Of a stretch of 64,000 nucleotides of DNA, positions 11,507-25,295 are shown one piece after another. Below the pieces are notes generated by a model that saw only the letters and a program-made list of their open reading frames with translations, made no database searches and was not told the DNA's origin. Origin of the DNA: Octopus sinensis. Lineage: Eukaryota. The stretch's first letter is position 1. Each line of letters begins with the position of its first letter. A program made the translations under genes and the position numbers. The stretch covers positions 90,830,001 to 90,894,000 of the forward strand of contig NC_043002.1 of NCBI RefSeq assembly GCF_006345805.1, in the 5' to 3' direction.

Positions 11507-11908
11507 ACTCTCTCTTTTACTTGTTTCAGTCATTTGACTGCGGCCATGCTGGAGCACCACCTTTAATCGAGCAACTCGACCCTGGAAATTATTCTTTTGT
11601 AAGCCCAGTACTTATTCTATCGGTCTCTTTTGCTGAACCGCTAAGTAATGGGGACATAAACACACCAGCATCGGTTGTCAAGCAATCCTAGGGGGACAAA
11701 CACAGACACACAAACACACACACGCATATATATATACATATATACGACGGGCTTCTTTCAGTTTCCTTCTAACAAATACACTCACAAGGCATTGGTCGGC
11801 CCGAGGCTATAGTAGAAGACACTTGCCCAAGGTGCCACGCAGTGGGACTGAACCCGGAACCATGTGGTTGGTAAACAAGCTACTTACCACACAGCCACTC
11901 CTGCGCCT
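11507..11908 (-). mobile_element. SINE family A, full length
   Basis: Complete head aggcgcaggagtggctgtgtgg and tail ctgaaacaagtaaaagagag. Confidence 0.85.
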
Positions 11909-12109
11909 TAATCTATAAAGTGTTATCATTCCTTGTTGTAGTTCTTCTTTGACTTACCTTCAGTTGATATCTCAGACTGGCAATCCTTCTGGATATACAC
12001 AGTTTTGTTTGAGGCTAGAATTGTTTGGACTGGATGGTCTGCCATTTAACCTCATTAATCGTGACAATGTTGATTAAACTATCTGTAGTAGGGGAATTAT
12101 TCAATAGTT

Positions 12110-12660
12110 AAACAAACTGGCACTCTGTCGATTATGAGGACAAGGGTTCCAGTTGATCCAATCAATGGAACAGTCTGCTTGTAAAATTAATGTGAAAGTA
12201 GCTGAGCACTCTACAGATATGCATAACTTTAATATAATTCTTAGGGAGATTCAGCATAACACAGAATGTGACAGAATGTGAACATACCAGTTCAGCAAAA
12301 GTGACTGATAGAATAATTACCAAACTTTAAAAGAAAATAAATATTGGGGTTGATTCATTCAACTAAAATTCCTCAAGATGGTGCCCCAGTATGGCTGCAG
12401 CCTAATGACTGAAACCAGTAAAAGATATTGTATAACATTGACCCCAGGATTCAACTGGTACTTATTTCATTGACCCTGAAAGTATGAAAGGTAACTCGAA
12501 TTCCTTTAAAATACAAATACTATTCATTTTTGCCAACTGTGTGGACTGGAGCAATGTGAAGTCAAGTATTTTGCTCAAGGACACATGTTGCTAGTTTTCA
12601 AACTCACAATCTTACTATTGTGAGCCGAATATCCTAACCCCTAAGTCATGCACCTTCAGT
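12110..12660 (-). mobile_element. SINE family C, interrupted by an A-tail/B chimeric fragment
   Basis: Matches the reverse complement of 46763-47080, with about 215 bp of foreign sequence at ~12290-12505. Confidence 0.6.
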
Positions 12661-13670
12661 GGTACAAGAGAATTATTATTGGTTATACTCTATGTATACT
12701 TGCTAGTATAACTCCTGGAAATGAAGTATCCAGGAAACCAAGGTGATTTACCAATTCTTGGTTAAAATCAGTTGAATTTATTTAAGGATAAGTCTGCTGT
12801 AAGATGTTTTTGATCAAAGAAAGTACATGATGTTACTTACTCAACTCAGAATACTTCACCGATAATGTGCCCAGATATACTAGTGAGATTATACAATTGT
12901 TGAATGAGCTAGTAGTAAGTAGCTGTCTTGTGAAACTGGTGGTATGTTTCAGTGTCATATAACTGGTACCTGTGTTGGTGGCAGGTAAAAAGCACCCTTT
13001 GAATTTTGGATGATATGCCGTGCCTGAGAAGAACCATCAAGTCAAATGAAATTATGGTCATGGCTGATGTTAGTGTTACATAACTGGTACCTGTGCTGGT
13101 AGCGTATAGAAATCATCCTTTTGATGCTGGGCCTCATGGAGGCAGTGACAAGTGACCGAGACCTTTGGTGATATACCATGCTTCAGAAGACCTGTCAAAC
13201 TAAGTGGGATCATAGTCATGGCCGGTGCCGGTGTTATGCAACTGGCAACAGTGCTGGTGGCACATAAAAAGAAGCTTGTTGTATATACATATGTGTGTAT
13301 ATGTGTTTGTGTCTCACTGTGTTCTCCACCCCACTTGACAACTGGTGTTGGTTTGTTTATGTCCCCAAAACTTACCAGTACTGATAGAATAAGTACCAAA
13401 CTTAAAAAGAAAATAAATATTGGGGTTGATTCACTCGACTAAAATTCCTCCAGGTGCTGCCTCAGTATGGCTGCAGTCTAATGAAACCAGTAAAAGATAT
13501 TGTGTAACATCGACCCCCAAGACTCAACTGGTACTTATTTCCTTGACCCTGAAAGTATGAAAGGCAACTCAACTTCAGCAAAATTTGAACTCAGAGCATA
13601 AAGACTGATAAAATGTTGCTAAGCATTTTGTTTGGTGAGCTAACAGCTCTGCCAGCTTGTCATCTAAATA

Positions 13671-13717
13671 ACAGCAACAACAACAACAACAATAATAATA
13701 ATAATTATTATAATAAC

Positions 13718-13787
<70 letters not shown>

Positions 13788-13815
13788 GTAATAATAATAA
13801 TAATGATAGCAATAA
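13671..13815. repeat. (AAC)/(AAT)n microsatellite
   Basis: Direct reading. Similar arrays at 14030-14114, 14350-14412, 20948-21078 and 27558-27693. Confidence 0.95.
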
Positions 13816-14030
13816 TCCTTTCTACTATAGGAACAAGGGCTGAAATTTGGGGGGAAGGGGACAAGTCAGTTACATCGAGCCCAGTGCCTGACTGGTACTT
13901 AATTTATCGACCCTAAAAGGATGAATGGCAAAGTCAACCTCACCAGAATTTGAACCCAGAATACTAAAGACTAACAAAATATCACTAAACATTTCGCCTG
14001 GCATGCTAATGATTCTGCCAGCTCACCATC
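13815..14030 (-). mobile_element. SINE family B in an (AAT)n array
   Basis: Family B motifs. Similar copies at 21080-21295, 27075-27285, 27345-27558, 62062-62262 (-) and 42419-42640, 53305-53520 (+). Confidence 0.75.
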
Positions 14031-14045
14031 TTAATAATGATAATA

Positions 14046-14114
<69 letters not shown>

Positions 14115-14115
<1 letters not shown>

Positions 14116-14350
14116 TGCATTAGGCATGATAAAAAAATATTCAGACAAATACATAACAAAAACACCAGGACTTACAAACACATATAACATACAGAAAATT
14201 GCACTACTAGGCACTGCACACATCCTACGCAGAACACTTTCCATACAATAACCATCAGAGCATCACAACAAATCACAGCACATACCCAAGGCACACAGAG
14301 CTGCGCTCGGTAGTGAAGTGAAAGCACGCTATAAAAATAAAACTACTGAA
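14115..14350 (+). mobile_element. R4/Dong-like non-LTR retrotransposon, extreme 3' end
   Basis: ALGMIKKYSDKYITKTPGLTNTYNIQKIALLGTAHILRRTLSIQ* is the C-terminus of the REL domain. (TAA)n on both sides. Confidence 0.8.
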
Positions 14351-14370
14351 TAATAATAATAATAATAATA

Positions 14371-14413
<43 letters not shown>

Positions 14414-15539
14414 GTGATGATGATGATGATGATGAAATAAACACATAAATTAGAAAATGAAAAATAGAAATAATCCATTTTGATTTGAAGATTGATTAAG
14501 GCGAAAACAACCTTAGTGAATGATGTTTGTGAATTCCTTACAACTTCCCACAGAGTCTAAAGATATTTTGCAATTAAATATTCTAGCTTACAAGCTTACT
14601 GATTTCCTCTGGTAGAGAATTTCTTTAAAACATGCTTAAGGTAATCAATTATTGGTATAAATATATATCCATTATGAAGTGCATTTATGCAAACATTAAA
14701 GCTTCCATAAGCTATTTTATTTCTTTGAGCTATTATCAACATTTCTGAGTATCTCTTGGAGGTTCATCCATAATTCCATAACATTTTCTTTCCAATTCTC
14801 AGCTCTAGGTATGGCTGTATAACACGAAGCTTGCTTCCCAACCACATGATTCTGTGTTCAGTCCCATTGCATAACACCTTGGGCAAGTGTAAGTAAAAAA
14901 TGGTTGAGAATCGCAGAGTTAGTTGTTTTGATAGGATCCAGTGAGTCCAAAAGCTACATCGTGTTCTGGTGTCTGCTTTGTTGTGATTTCTTCTGCTGGA
15001 TGTCCTTCCTAATCCCAACCACTTTACAATGTATGAGGTGCTTTTTTCATGGCACCAGCATTATTACGGTTACCATGCAGCTTAAAAGACTACAACACCT
15101 GAGGGAGGTGTGTGTTGGTTTTATACTAAAGCAGTGATTCCCAACACTGGGGCATATGCCCCACTGGTGGAGCCTGGGAAAATTGATGTGGTGTGGTGTG
15201 GTGTGTGGTGCCATAGTTGTCAAGCACAAGGTTCTCATTAAAGTGATTCCATTTTTCTTTCCTTAGTCAATGATGTACTCTTTTTGTACTCAGCACTTAA
15301 TAAAAGAATTACTGGTGGATTCTTTTGTATTAAATAATTTTGATAGAAAATTGATTTGAAATAGTGGTACAAGGCCAGCAATTTCAGGAAGGGGTTAAGT
15401 CAATTACATCGACTTCAGTGTTCTGCTGGTACTTATTCTATTAACCCCAATAGGATGTCGAGGATGACGGCAAGGTTGACCTCAGCAGAATTCCATTGTG
15501 ATAAAATATTAAAAATAAAGTTTTTTCCCGACCAATAAT

Positions 15540-15950
15540 AGGCGCAGGAGTGGCTGTGTGGTAAGTAGCTTGCTAACCAACCACATGGTTCCGGGTTCAG
15601 TCCCACTGCGTGGCATCTTGGGCAAGTGTCTTCTGCTATAGCCCCGGGCCGACCAATGCCTTGTGAGTGGATTTGGAAGACGGAAACTGAAAGAAGCCTG
15701 TCGTATATATGTATATTTATATATATGTGTGTGTATGTGTTTGTGTGTCTGTGTTTGTCCCCCTAGCATTGCTTGACAACCGATGCTGGTGTGTTTACGC
15801 CCCCGTCACTTAGCGGTTCGGCAAAAGAGACCGATAGAATAAGTACTGGGCTTACAAAGAATAAATCCCGGGGTCGATTTTCTCGACTAAAAGGCGGTGC
15901 TCCAGCATGGCCACAGTCAAATGACTGAAACAAGTAAAAGAGAGTAAAGA
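15540..15950 (+). mobile_element. SINE family A, full length
   Basis: Reverse complement of 11507-11908 at high identity. Confidence 0.85.
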
Positions 15951-17769
15951 ATAATGGGGCATACATTTTCTGGAAAGTTATAGTGGAGCTTGGGGGAAAA
16001 TAGATTGGGGAACATTGTACAAAAGGGTGAAGGGTTAAAATAAGAGAGAACATGGGCATTATGTCAAAATGGTGCTCCATCATGGCTGCAGCCTAAGGGC
16101 CGAAACATATAAAAAAAAAATAAAAGAATAAAATACTCAAACTGTCCTCATTGATTTGGATCTTATTGGATATTATTTTGTATTTTTAACATTATTTCCA
16201 TATTCATATATTCAATTTATGCTTAGAGATAATGAATGACCAATAGTAATTTGTATAAAAATATTCTTATTGTATAGTAAAGTACACTTCATGCAAACTT
16301 CCAAACTACTGATAAACCATTTCCAATTAAACCATCTTCAATGCTATCACTAGATATTAATTCATTCTCAATCTCAGACTTGCCTTTTCACTATTTCTGT
16401 GGAAGACCAAATTTTTAGTAATTTTTTTTTTTTATCTCTTATAGAATAGAAACCAGACATTCAGTAGATTCTTTATTCAGAAATAGATTATAGATTAAAC
16501 GGCTTATATCATGATGTGTGAACAACATTGATGATTTTGGATTAAATCCAACATCAATCACAAGAAAATTCCTGGTTATTTTCATTCATTTCCTTCTGTC
16601 AATATAATTCAGATTGATCTAAACAGTCATCTGAGATAGTGAAAGTAAAAACAGAATGAGGTAGTTCAACAGAATGATGTAGTTCTCCAGAAAGCGTAGT
16701 TTATCAGAATGAGTAGTTTAACAGAATGAAATAATTGAACTGAATGAGATAACCCACTGAGTATGTACTTCAATGGAATGGAGTTCAACAGAATGTATAA
16801 TTCAACAGCATGAAACAGACTATAGCAGGATATTTTATAACTGACAGCAGTAGTTCAGTGATGTCTAGGGAATTGTCTTGTAGCTAAAGTCAAGCATATA
16901 ACAAAAATTTCTTGTTATTGATTGGTTCCTTGTAGGCTGTTGGTGTTCAAAAACTCTCCAGCCTTGTATATCCCTATATTCCATTGTTTTAGATTCTTCT
17001 TGTAAGACTGATGGATTGAAAGACAAGTCCATGGATTATCTTCAGCCTTCACTTTTAAATTTAGCCCTTTAGCATTCAGACTACCCTTATACAGTCACAT
17101 TGTTTTGAATGAATCAGGCATTATCTTGTAACTTTGAGGTGTTTTCGGTGTTATTGTTTATTTTCAAAATGACATCGTAGAGTAGGTGTGAGAGGTAGGA
17201 TCTGGTTGGTTTGAACATTAAACAGATAGAATATTTGGGCTGGATATGACTGGTTTAGATACTAAATGGTTAAGCCAAATTTGTTATTTATAAGTTTCTG
17301 TAACAATATAATTGGTAAAAGGTCAGTTTATGCAGAGATGAGGATGGTAGGGTGAGTCAAGCATATAAACCAAGTATTTATATTTTGTTATCCCAGAATT
17401 TGACCTGTGCTTTATTCTATCAATGCTGTAAGGTTCAATGACAAAGGTCAGCTCTATAAATGATGAAAAGAAGTGCTAACACTGGTGGGGTTTGAATTCA
17501 CTTTATAAAGTGATCAACATCATAACCATTTAATATCCAAGTCTCATGGTGGCATGGAGAAGATATTTTGACAAGATTTGATAGACCCAAGGACTGCATT
17601 GTGCTCCAGTGTCTACTTTGGCATGGTGTCTACAGCTGGATGCCCTTCCTAATGCCAACCACTTTATAGCATCTCCTAGGTGTTTTTTCATGTCATCAGC
17701 ACTAGTAAAGTTGCCATGCAGCTTACAAGACTATGAGCACTGACAGAGGTGGCGTTTTGCTAGGAGAAG

Positions 17770-18105
17770 GGTAATGGGTAAAGCCCTGCTTTGGTCATGA
17801 ATGACCATGGGATTGCTGCTAAAAAGTTATCCTCCAAGGCACAAGTACAATCAAGGTTGTTTTATAGAAGACCAGCAGTCACCCATGCATACCAGCCTTC
17901 TCTCTCCACACTATTGATGTTATCCAAAAGAAAAGCAAAAGCCAATGCAGTTTGGCACCAGTGACATTGCAACTCATTTCTACAGTCGAGTGAAGTGGAG
18001 CAACATGAAGTAAAGTATCTTGCTCAAGAATAATACAGACCTGTTCTGGGAATCAAACTCACTAGCTCTTGATTGTGAGCCTGATACTCTAACCACTGAT
18101 CCATG
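17770..18105 (-). mobile_element. SINE, family C head with an alternative body
   Basis: Matches the reverse complement of 52600-52910. Confidence 0.6.
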
Positions 18106-18867
18106 CGAGAGGATAAAGTATAAGAGTTGGTGCCAGAACAGAAAAGGTTCCTTTCTATGAAAGGTACATGGCTATTCATCTATTAGAAGAGAGTGCAATA
18201 GGATGATAGGGTGATTGGGAAGAGATAAAATTTTTGGCAATGAGGTGTCTGTCTGGTTCTTCAAGGTGCAGGGTGAATAACAGGGAATGGAGGCAGAAGA
18301 ACTGGGAGTGTGGGTTAGTAGAGGTTGCAAGAGTGTATAGTGAGAGTAGGAGATGGTTTAGAGGTGAATATAAATAGTGAAAAATTAGTGTTTAGTGGAT
18401 GATAGAGGAGGCAGGGAAGAGTAGGTGACAACTGTAGATAGCAGATAAGGGTGGGGATGCGAGTGAATGGTAGATATGAGATGGGGAGAGACTAGTGCTG
18501 CATATGAGTTGCAAGGAGGCACTGAGAGTGTAGAAAGAACAGGACATCAGTACACTAGGCAGGGGGGAGGATGAAAAAGAGAGAGAGATGTTAAGTGAGA
18601 GTGGAGGGGAGAGAGAAAGGAAGGTGTAGTGCAAGCAGAGTGTGAGTGATGTCTATTGGCTGAAAAGGTGAGATGATTTGGTGGTTCAGATGGAAGGAGA
18701 TTAATGTAAGATGTGGGTGGAGATTAAATATTTTAGGAGAGGGATGTATTTCAAGTGAAATAGTTCTTCGGAGTGAGATACATTGTTGATATCAGGGAAA
18801 AACTGTAGTTAGAAATATGAAGCGTGGTGTAGTTTTCTTGAATAGGAACTTGGGTGAAGAGCCAACT

Positions 18868-18907
<40 letters not shown>

Positions 18908-18959
18908 TGTATGTATGTTTGCATACACACACACACATTACTACCAGAACTCAGTTTTA

Positions 18960-19770
18960 CTTATTTGGGTTGGTTTCCTGAAGAACCATATATACAAATA
19001 ATCTTGGTCTTTCATCATCTCCTCCATATAGCTCAAGGTCTTGAAATTAGCCTTCTTTTATCCTATGTCTTTCTGGGTCTTCCTCTTCTACAAACTCCAT
19101 TCACATTTAAGTAACCAGCACTTCCTTATATAGTTGTCCTCCTTCATATGCATCACATGACCACATCATTACAATCTTGTTTCTTGCATATTACATCTGA
19201 GTCCTCATATGCCCAGTTTTTCTCTTAACACATTTTTCCAATGTTGTTCATCCTCACTTCCATTGCACATCCAACAGAGAATGCTCACTTCATTTCTTTA
19301 CGGTCTCTTCAAGTCCCTCTGCATTCAAGGACCATGTTTCATAACCATGCAGCATTGCAGTTCTAACACAAGTGTCATACAATCTGCCCTTCACTGTGAA
19401 AGAAGTGACCTTTGTTGCTAGCAGTGGTTAGTAGCACCCTGAATTTTTTCCAGCCTATCCTTACCCTAGCTACTATACTTTCAGTGCAAACACCTCTCTT
19501 GTTTATCACAGCTCTTTATCACAGGTTACATAAAATAAACTTATCAAATACCTCTAGTGATCCCTCTGGGCATTTAAGAAAATCCATGTCTGATGTACTT
19601 TATAGTAAGTACTGCTCCAGCACATCTGACACATATGAAGCTTCCTTCTCTGTTAGTCTCTTCGTGATTCCATACATCTTTTGTGTGTCCATAGTTTACA
19701 TCGAGTCTGGTGAATGGAGTTCATACCTACTCTTTTTCTGCCAATCAAATTGCCTTAGTATTACTAAATA
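18960..19770 (-). mobile_element. Old decayed RTE LINE 3' fragment, same family as 55057-59755
   Basis: Remnants RCKLWTHKRC, CVRC, ARVRIGWKKFR.LL, GRLYDTCVRTAMLHGYETW. Confidence 0.7.
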
Positions 19771-20204
19771 TAATACAAAATATTTATATCAAAGTTGTAC
19801 AGTTTATTATCCCTAGCTGTAATTTAACGAATGAGTTAATTAGATGGAGTTAATTAGCAAAATTATAAAAAGATCAAAATCAAAATTTCAAACATTTTTG
19901 TAATGATAGTAAGAGACAAAACAAATATTTTTGCTAAATTCTAAATTAAAAAATAATTTAAAGCGTAAAGGAATCTAGTGAATAAAACTAATTGTTATTA
20001 TTAAAAAAAATGTAGTTATTGTTGTTGTTACTCAGATAGCTGATTATTTTATTTCATTGAATATTTTTTTATCTGCTTTTTTTCTTTGCGAGATATTCCG
20101 TCTCAAACATTCTCTAATTTCTGCCATTACTCCAAATTTCACTGTCACCTACCTCATCTCCATTTGATGAATTGGAAAGTATCACTAATAATAATAATAA
20201 TAAT

Positions 20205-20950
20205 AATTGAGCATGTCCCTTAGTTGCTGAAAATACATGCATCTCTGGTCACAAGCAGAAGTAGCTGGGGTGCATTATAGCTATATGTTGAGAGGAATTC
20301 TTTAGGATTTGAATAATTCACCTCTGGAAACATAGATGTTTTATTCATCATCCTTAACCCTCATTCAGGGACCTTCTTAGCAGTACTGATGCAGTTCCAG
20401 GATGATCTGATGCAGTACCAGGCAGTGGCTCTCATGGCTTCTGATCTTAACTGATTGGAAGTGTTATCATGTACATTGTTTTGTCTTGGTATAAAAGATG
20501 GGCTACAGCAAATATTCTGCTCAATATCACAGATTTGCTTATCAGTTGTTTGACCTTAACCATGTGATCATATCCCTCAGTGGCTGACGATATGTGCATC
20601 TCTGACCATGAGCAGAAGTAGTGAGGGAGCATCATAGCTGTGTGTTGAGAGGAATTCTTTGGGGTTTGAATAATTAACCTCTGGAAATATGGGTGTTTCA
20701 TTCATCATCCTTAAACAATTACCATTTAGGGACCACTTGAGCAGTATGGGCTACTCGACCTGTAGAAAATTCTCACTGGGTCCCACCTGCAAGGTCATGC
20801 ACTGTATATTTTGATATGAGATCACTATGTCGTGCACATACGGTTGTGGTACAAGTGCCTGGAGTACCCTTATCATGATAAGTATATTGGGCTTCGTATA
20901 TTTGTACCCCAGTGTCACTTTGATGGCATGCATTACTCTCTCACCCACTA
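20205..20950 (+). mobile_element. Non-coding interspersed repeat ending in (AAT)n, partially duplicated
   Basis: 20235-20380 recurs at 20590-20745, and 20500-20690 recurs at 25660-25810. Class not determined. Confidence 0.45.
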
Positions 20951-20953
20951 ATG

Positions 20954-21023
<70 letters not shown>

Positions 21024-21656
21024 TAATGATGATGATAATAATAATAACAATAATACTAATACTACTAATAATAATACTGATCCTTTCTACGATAAGCATA
21101 AGGCCTGAAATTTTTGGGGAGGAGGCTAATTAATTTCATCAACCCCAGTGTTCAACTGATACTTATTTCATCAACCTCAAAAGGATGAAAGGCAAAGTCG
21201 ACCTCTATGGCATTTGAACACAGAATGTAAAGCCAGAAGAAATGCTGCTAAATATTTTGTCCAGCACAGTAACAATTCTGCTAGCTCACCACCTTTACTC
21301 TTTTACTTGTTTCAGTCATCTGACTGCAGCCATGCTGGAGCACCACCTTTATAATGATATAATGATAACAATAACAATTTTTCAAGGCAATTCTCTCTAT
21401 CGCCACTTCTTTCTTGAATGGCTCTCAGATTCCTCTAAGTAAGCTGCTGAATGACACAAGACATGAGGACAAAATAACTGACAGATCATTCTATCATCTC
21501 TTGCACTTGGATTATCTAAAGCTTTTCACCAAAGATTATCTACAACTGGAACAGTTTTCAAATGCAATAAAACAATTTAGTGATGATATTCAAGTAGAAT
21601 CTGGCCTTAATGAATGTGCTAAAACGTCATTCTTTAAAGGAAAACTCTTGCAAATA

Positions 21657-22162
21657 TCTATATATATAAAACTGTAGTTGTGTGAGTGTCTGTCCCCTTC
21701 GATTTAGATTCCTAACTCCTCCCACATTTTGCGGTGCAGTTTAACCAAATTCGGGTATCTTATAGTCGTGATTCATATCAAGCCCGTCTGACTATTAGCG
21801 CGCGTCAACGATGAGTCTACGATTTTTAAAATAATTTAACATCATTTTTTATTCCATTTTAATGCATAAAATGCATCGTGTGTCGATGGCGGCGGAGTTG
21901 GCGTCCACGCTCACAGCTGCACCTGTTTGCTTCTCCCCCTTCCCTCCCTCGAGAAGCTGTGGGGAAGGCAGTGTAAAGAAATCAACGTCGTAATGCGTTG
22001 TGAAGGAAACCAGCGTTCTTTTAGAACAACGACTTCATGGCTTGAAGACACCAAAACAAAAATGGCTAAGAAAGCCCGAATTTATAAGGGAAGTAACTCT
22101 CTAAAAATGCTTATATAGTTATTTCCCTTACAAACCCGAGCAACGCCGGGCAATACTGCTAG
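21657..22162 (+). mobile_element. Helitron family 1, first unit of a tandem dimer
   Basis: A|TC start, hairpin plus CTAG end. Near-identical to 5110-5615. Confidence 0.85.
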
Positions 22163-22673
22163 TCTATATATATAAAACTGTAGTTGTGTGAGTGTCTGTC
22201 CCCTTCGATTTAGATTCCTAACTACTCCCACATTTTGCGGTGCAGTTTAACCAAATTCGGGTATCTTATAGTCGTGATTCATATCAAGCCCTTCTGCGTA
22301 TTAGTGTGCGTCTACGATGAGTCTACGATTTTAAAAATAATTTAACATAATTTTTTATTCCATTTTAATGCATAATTTTTCGTGTCGATGGCGGCGGAGT
22401 TGGTGTCCATGGTCACATCTGCACCTGTTTGCTTCTCCCCCTTCTTCCCTCCCTCGTGAAGCTGTGGGGAAGGGAGTGTAAGGAAATCAACGTCGTAAAG
22501 CGTTGTCAAGGAGACCAGCGTTCTTTTAGAACAACGACTTCATGGCTTGAAGACACCAAAACAGAAATGGCTAAGAAAGCCCGAATTGGCATCTATAAGG
22601 GAAGTAACTCTCTAAAAATGCTTATATAGTTATTTCCCTTACAAACCCGAGCAATGCCGGGCGATACTGCTAG
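22163..22673 (+). mobile_element. Helitron family 1, second unit of a tandem dimer
   Basis: Starts with TC directly after the first unit's CTAG and ends CTAG|T. Confidence 0.85.
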
Positions 22674-22707
22674 TACAAAATATAGCAAAAGAAGACTATC
22701 ATAATCA

Positions 22708-22901
22708 AGGATCTACCATATTTTAACGTGTTTAAGGAACCCTCTTGTATAAGGGACCCCTAATTTTGGGGGCTTAAAATTTGGAAAATAGCTTTTGTAA
22801 GGGATTATAATACTAACGGTGTATAAGAAACTCCCATATTTCTTTAACCTAATTTTTGACAAAAAAGGGTTCCTTACACATGTTAAAATATGGTAGATCC
22901 T
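22708..22901. mobile_element. MITE with 36-bp TIRs
   Basis: aggatctaccatattttaacgtgtttaaggaaccct / agggttccttacacatgttaaaatatggtagatcct. No clear TSD. Confidence 0.7.
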
Positions 22902-23424
22902 GAAGTAAATTACAAACATTTAGGTGTATGTGTGTGTGTGAGAGGGATGACATCCAATACCCATGAATTCATGGCAAAATATAGAAGTGTTAAGAGGATT
23001 GGCCTGCAAGAGTCTTGTGCTGGTGCTGCATAAAAGCACTTGTGTGGTGCCATGTAAAATCACCCAACACACTCTGTAAAGTGGTTGGCATTAGGAAGGA
23101 CATCCATCCATAAAAAATCATAGCAAATTAGACTGGATTCTGGTGCAGCTCTCTAGCTTGCCAGCTCTGGTCAAACCATCCAACCCATGCCAACATGGAC
23201 AATGGACGTTAAATGATGATGATAATATCGTGGAGTTAGAGCTACTCTAAATTGAACATAATATGAGGAACCTGACTGAGATCATTAATATCCTGGCTAT
23301 ACATGATCTTCAGCTTAAATATAATAAAAATGTTCTGTCAATGAGATAAATAAAACTGACGCAACTATACATGAGTTTCTTACAATGTACCATATGCATT
23401 ACCTAAGGGCAAACTTATACAGAA

Positions 23425-23794
23425 CTAGAAGTATCGCCCGGCGTTGCTCGAGTTTGTAAGGGAAATAACTATATAAGCATTTTTAGAGAGTTATAGCCAA
23501 AAAATAGCAAAAAAAGGCATTAAAAATGGAAAAAAAATTATGGTAAATTTTTTTTAAATCGTTGACTCATCGTAGACATTTTTAGAGAGTTACTTCCCTT
23601 ATATAATAGCGAAAAAATGCATTAAAAGGGAAAAAAATGATGGTAAATTTTTTTTTAAATCATAGACTCATCGTAGATATGAATGACGACTAAAAGATAC
23701 CCGGTTTTGGTTAAACTGCACCGCAAAATGTGGGAGTAGTTAGGAATCTAAATCGTAGGAGACAGACACACAACTTGACTTTTATATATAAAGA
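23425..23794 (-). mobile_element. Helitron family 1, shorter subfamily
   Basis: On the minus strand, A|TCtttatatataaaag...hairpin...CTAG|T. Confidence 0.8.
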
Positions 23795-25085
23795 TTATAC
23801 ATTCCACAAAAGGATGGAGGGTATGGACTGATGTAATTGCAAATGTCACTAAAGGCAGCAACCATAGAATTAGACACTTATCTTAAAAAACACTAATGAT
23901 TGGATGCATGAACTTGTCTGAAAGCATGAAAGTACCAAGAAACTACACTCAATATCTGAAGAAGCAAAGAACTATGTAAAAGAATTAAAGGTGACTAAGG
24001 TTGAGGCACAGCTAGATGAAACAGAAGAACCCACTATGAAAGAAGAATAAATAAAATCACAGGGGAATTTGTGGGCTGCTACCACGACAGCTCCTTTATA
24101 GGATCCAGTTAGCTCAAGATATCATCAGGAGAAACCACGTCAGGTTTCGGCCTCTACTCCTCTACCGTTTTGACGTGGTGGGGCCCCCACCTTTCACAGG
24201 TGTCTTCAGCTCTGGTGTTGGGTGCATGTCTTCTTTCTCCTTCTTTCTTCTGTTCCCTGGCCTCTTCGATGTAGCAAATTGAATGGAATCTCAGAGCTGC
24301 ATGATAAATAGAAAAGTAAAGCATTACATGGTAAATGCTCTACAAGAGCCAGCTATCCTGACATTAATACATATATTACTCATCAGTGGTTCACTGCATC
24401 TGGACTTAAATCAGAAACAAACAGCTTCATTATAACAGCTCAGGATTAGCGTCTACGCTCTAGAAATTACCAAGCCAACATTCTCCAAAAATGATGCTGC
24501 TTGTTACCTTCCTCTTTTGTGGTACAATTGCCCACCTCATCTCTGGATGCTCTGTATTAGCTTTAACTGAGTCTACTAATCACCATATTAGAGTTGGCCA
24601 GTATTGGCACTTGATCATATGCCATTAGTGTGAAGTACCATGTGAGAGGTGGCGGGAACATAAGCTTGCCAGAGAAATAGAAAATAAAAGACATCACCAT
24701 TCTTTGGAACTTCAGAATTCTAACTGATCAAGTTCTTCAGGCCAGTAGATCAAATGTTGTGGTGAAAAATCACATTGATTGAACATGTTTGCTCATAAAC
24801 ATGTCAATCCTATTAGATTGCAACACCTCTGTAAAAACATTTGAAAATTTATGTAAAGGATCATGAAATAGGGGTAAAAAAAAGGTAGCATCTAAGAACA
24901 ACAACTGTACTCATAATCATCATGGCTTTGGGAATAATGCCACATGGTTATCTCAAACATGATGGTCAAATACCAGGAAACACGAAAGTGTCAACTACAA
25001 AAAATTGTTCTCATGAGTACAGCCAAAATTCTAAGATAAACACTGTCAACCTGGAAGTATTTGAAGTCTTTCAAAACTTCATTAA

Positions 25086-25295
25086 CCCTTTCATTACCAA
25101 CCCAGCTGAAACCAGCTCTAGCTCTAAGTACAAATGTCTTATTTTCATAAGTTTTGAATTAAAATCTTCCACCAAACCTTAGTCACAATTTATGTTCCTA
25201 ACACTTTATTAAATTCGTTGTTATATTTAAAGTAATTTACAGAAACACAGAGCATCTCAAAATAAATACAAGGGTTACAAATAAATACAAAAGGG
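25086..25295. mobile_element. piggyBac-type MITE
   Basis: TTAA|CCCTTT...AAAGGG|TTAA termini. Confidence 0.6.

Larger units (their letters stand above)
21380..25050 (+). mobile_element. Ancient R4/Dong-like retrotransposon fragmented by later insertions
   Basis: RT remnant HLLHLDYLKLF...FSDDIQVESGLNECAK before 21657. After 23795: YIPQKDGGYGL, KALHGK, GLKSET..IITAQD, ILWNFRILTDQ.LQA. Interrupted by three Helitrons, a MITE and an RTE tail. Confidence 0.65.

Noticed and set aside
16655-16820. ~18-bp degenerate minisatellite (gtagttcaacagaatga), and a ~40-bp one at 6965-7105
   Set aside because: These are ordinary diverged minisatellites with no further structure.
18120-18700. Possible CR1/L2 remnants on the minus strand, also 43480-44100 and a possible LINE 5' region at 63700-64000
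   Set aside because: They are too decayed to support motifs or boundaries by eye.
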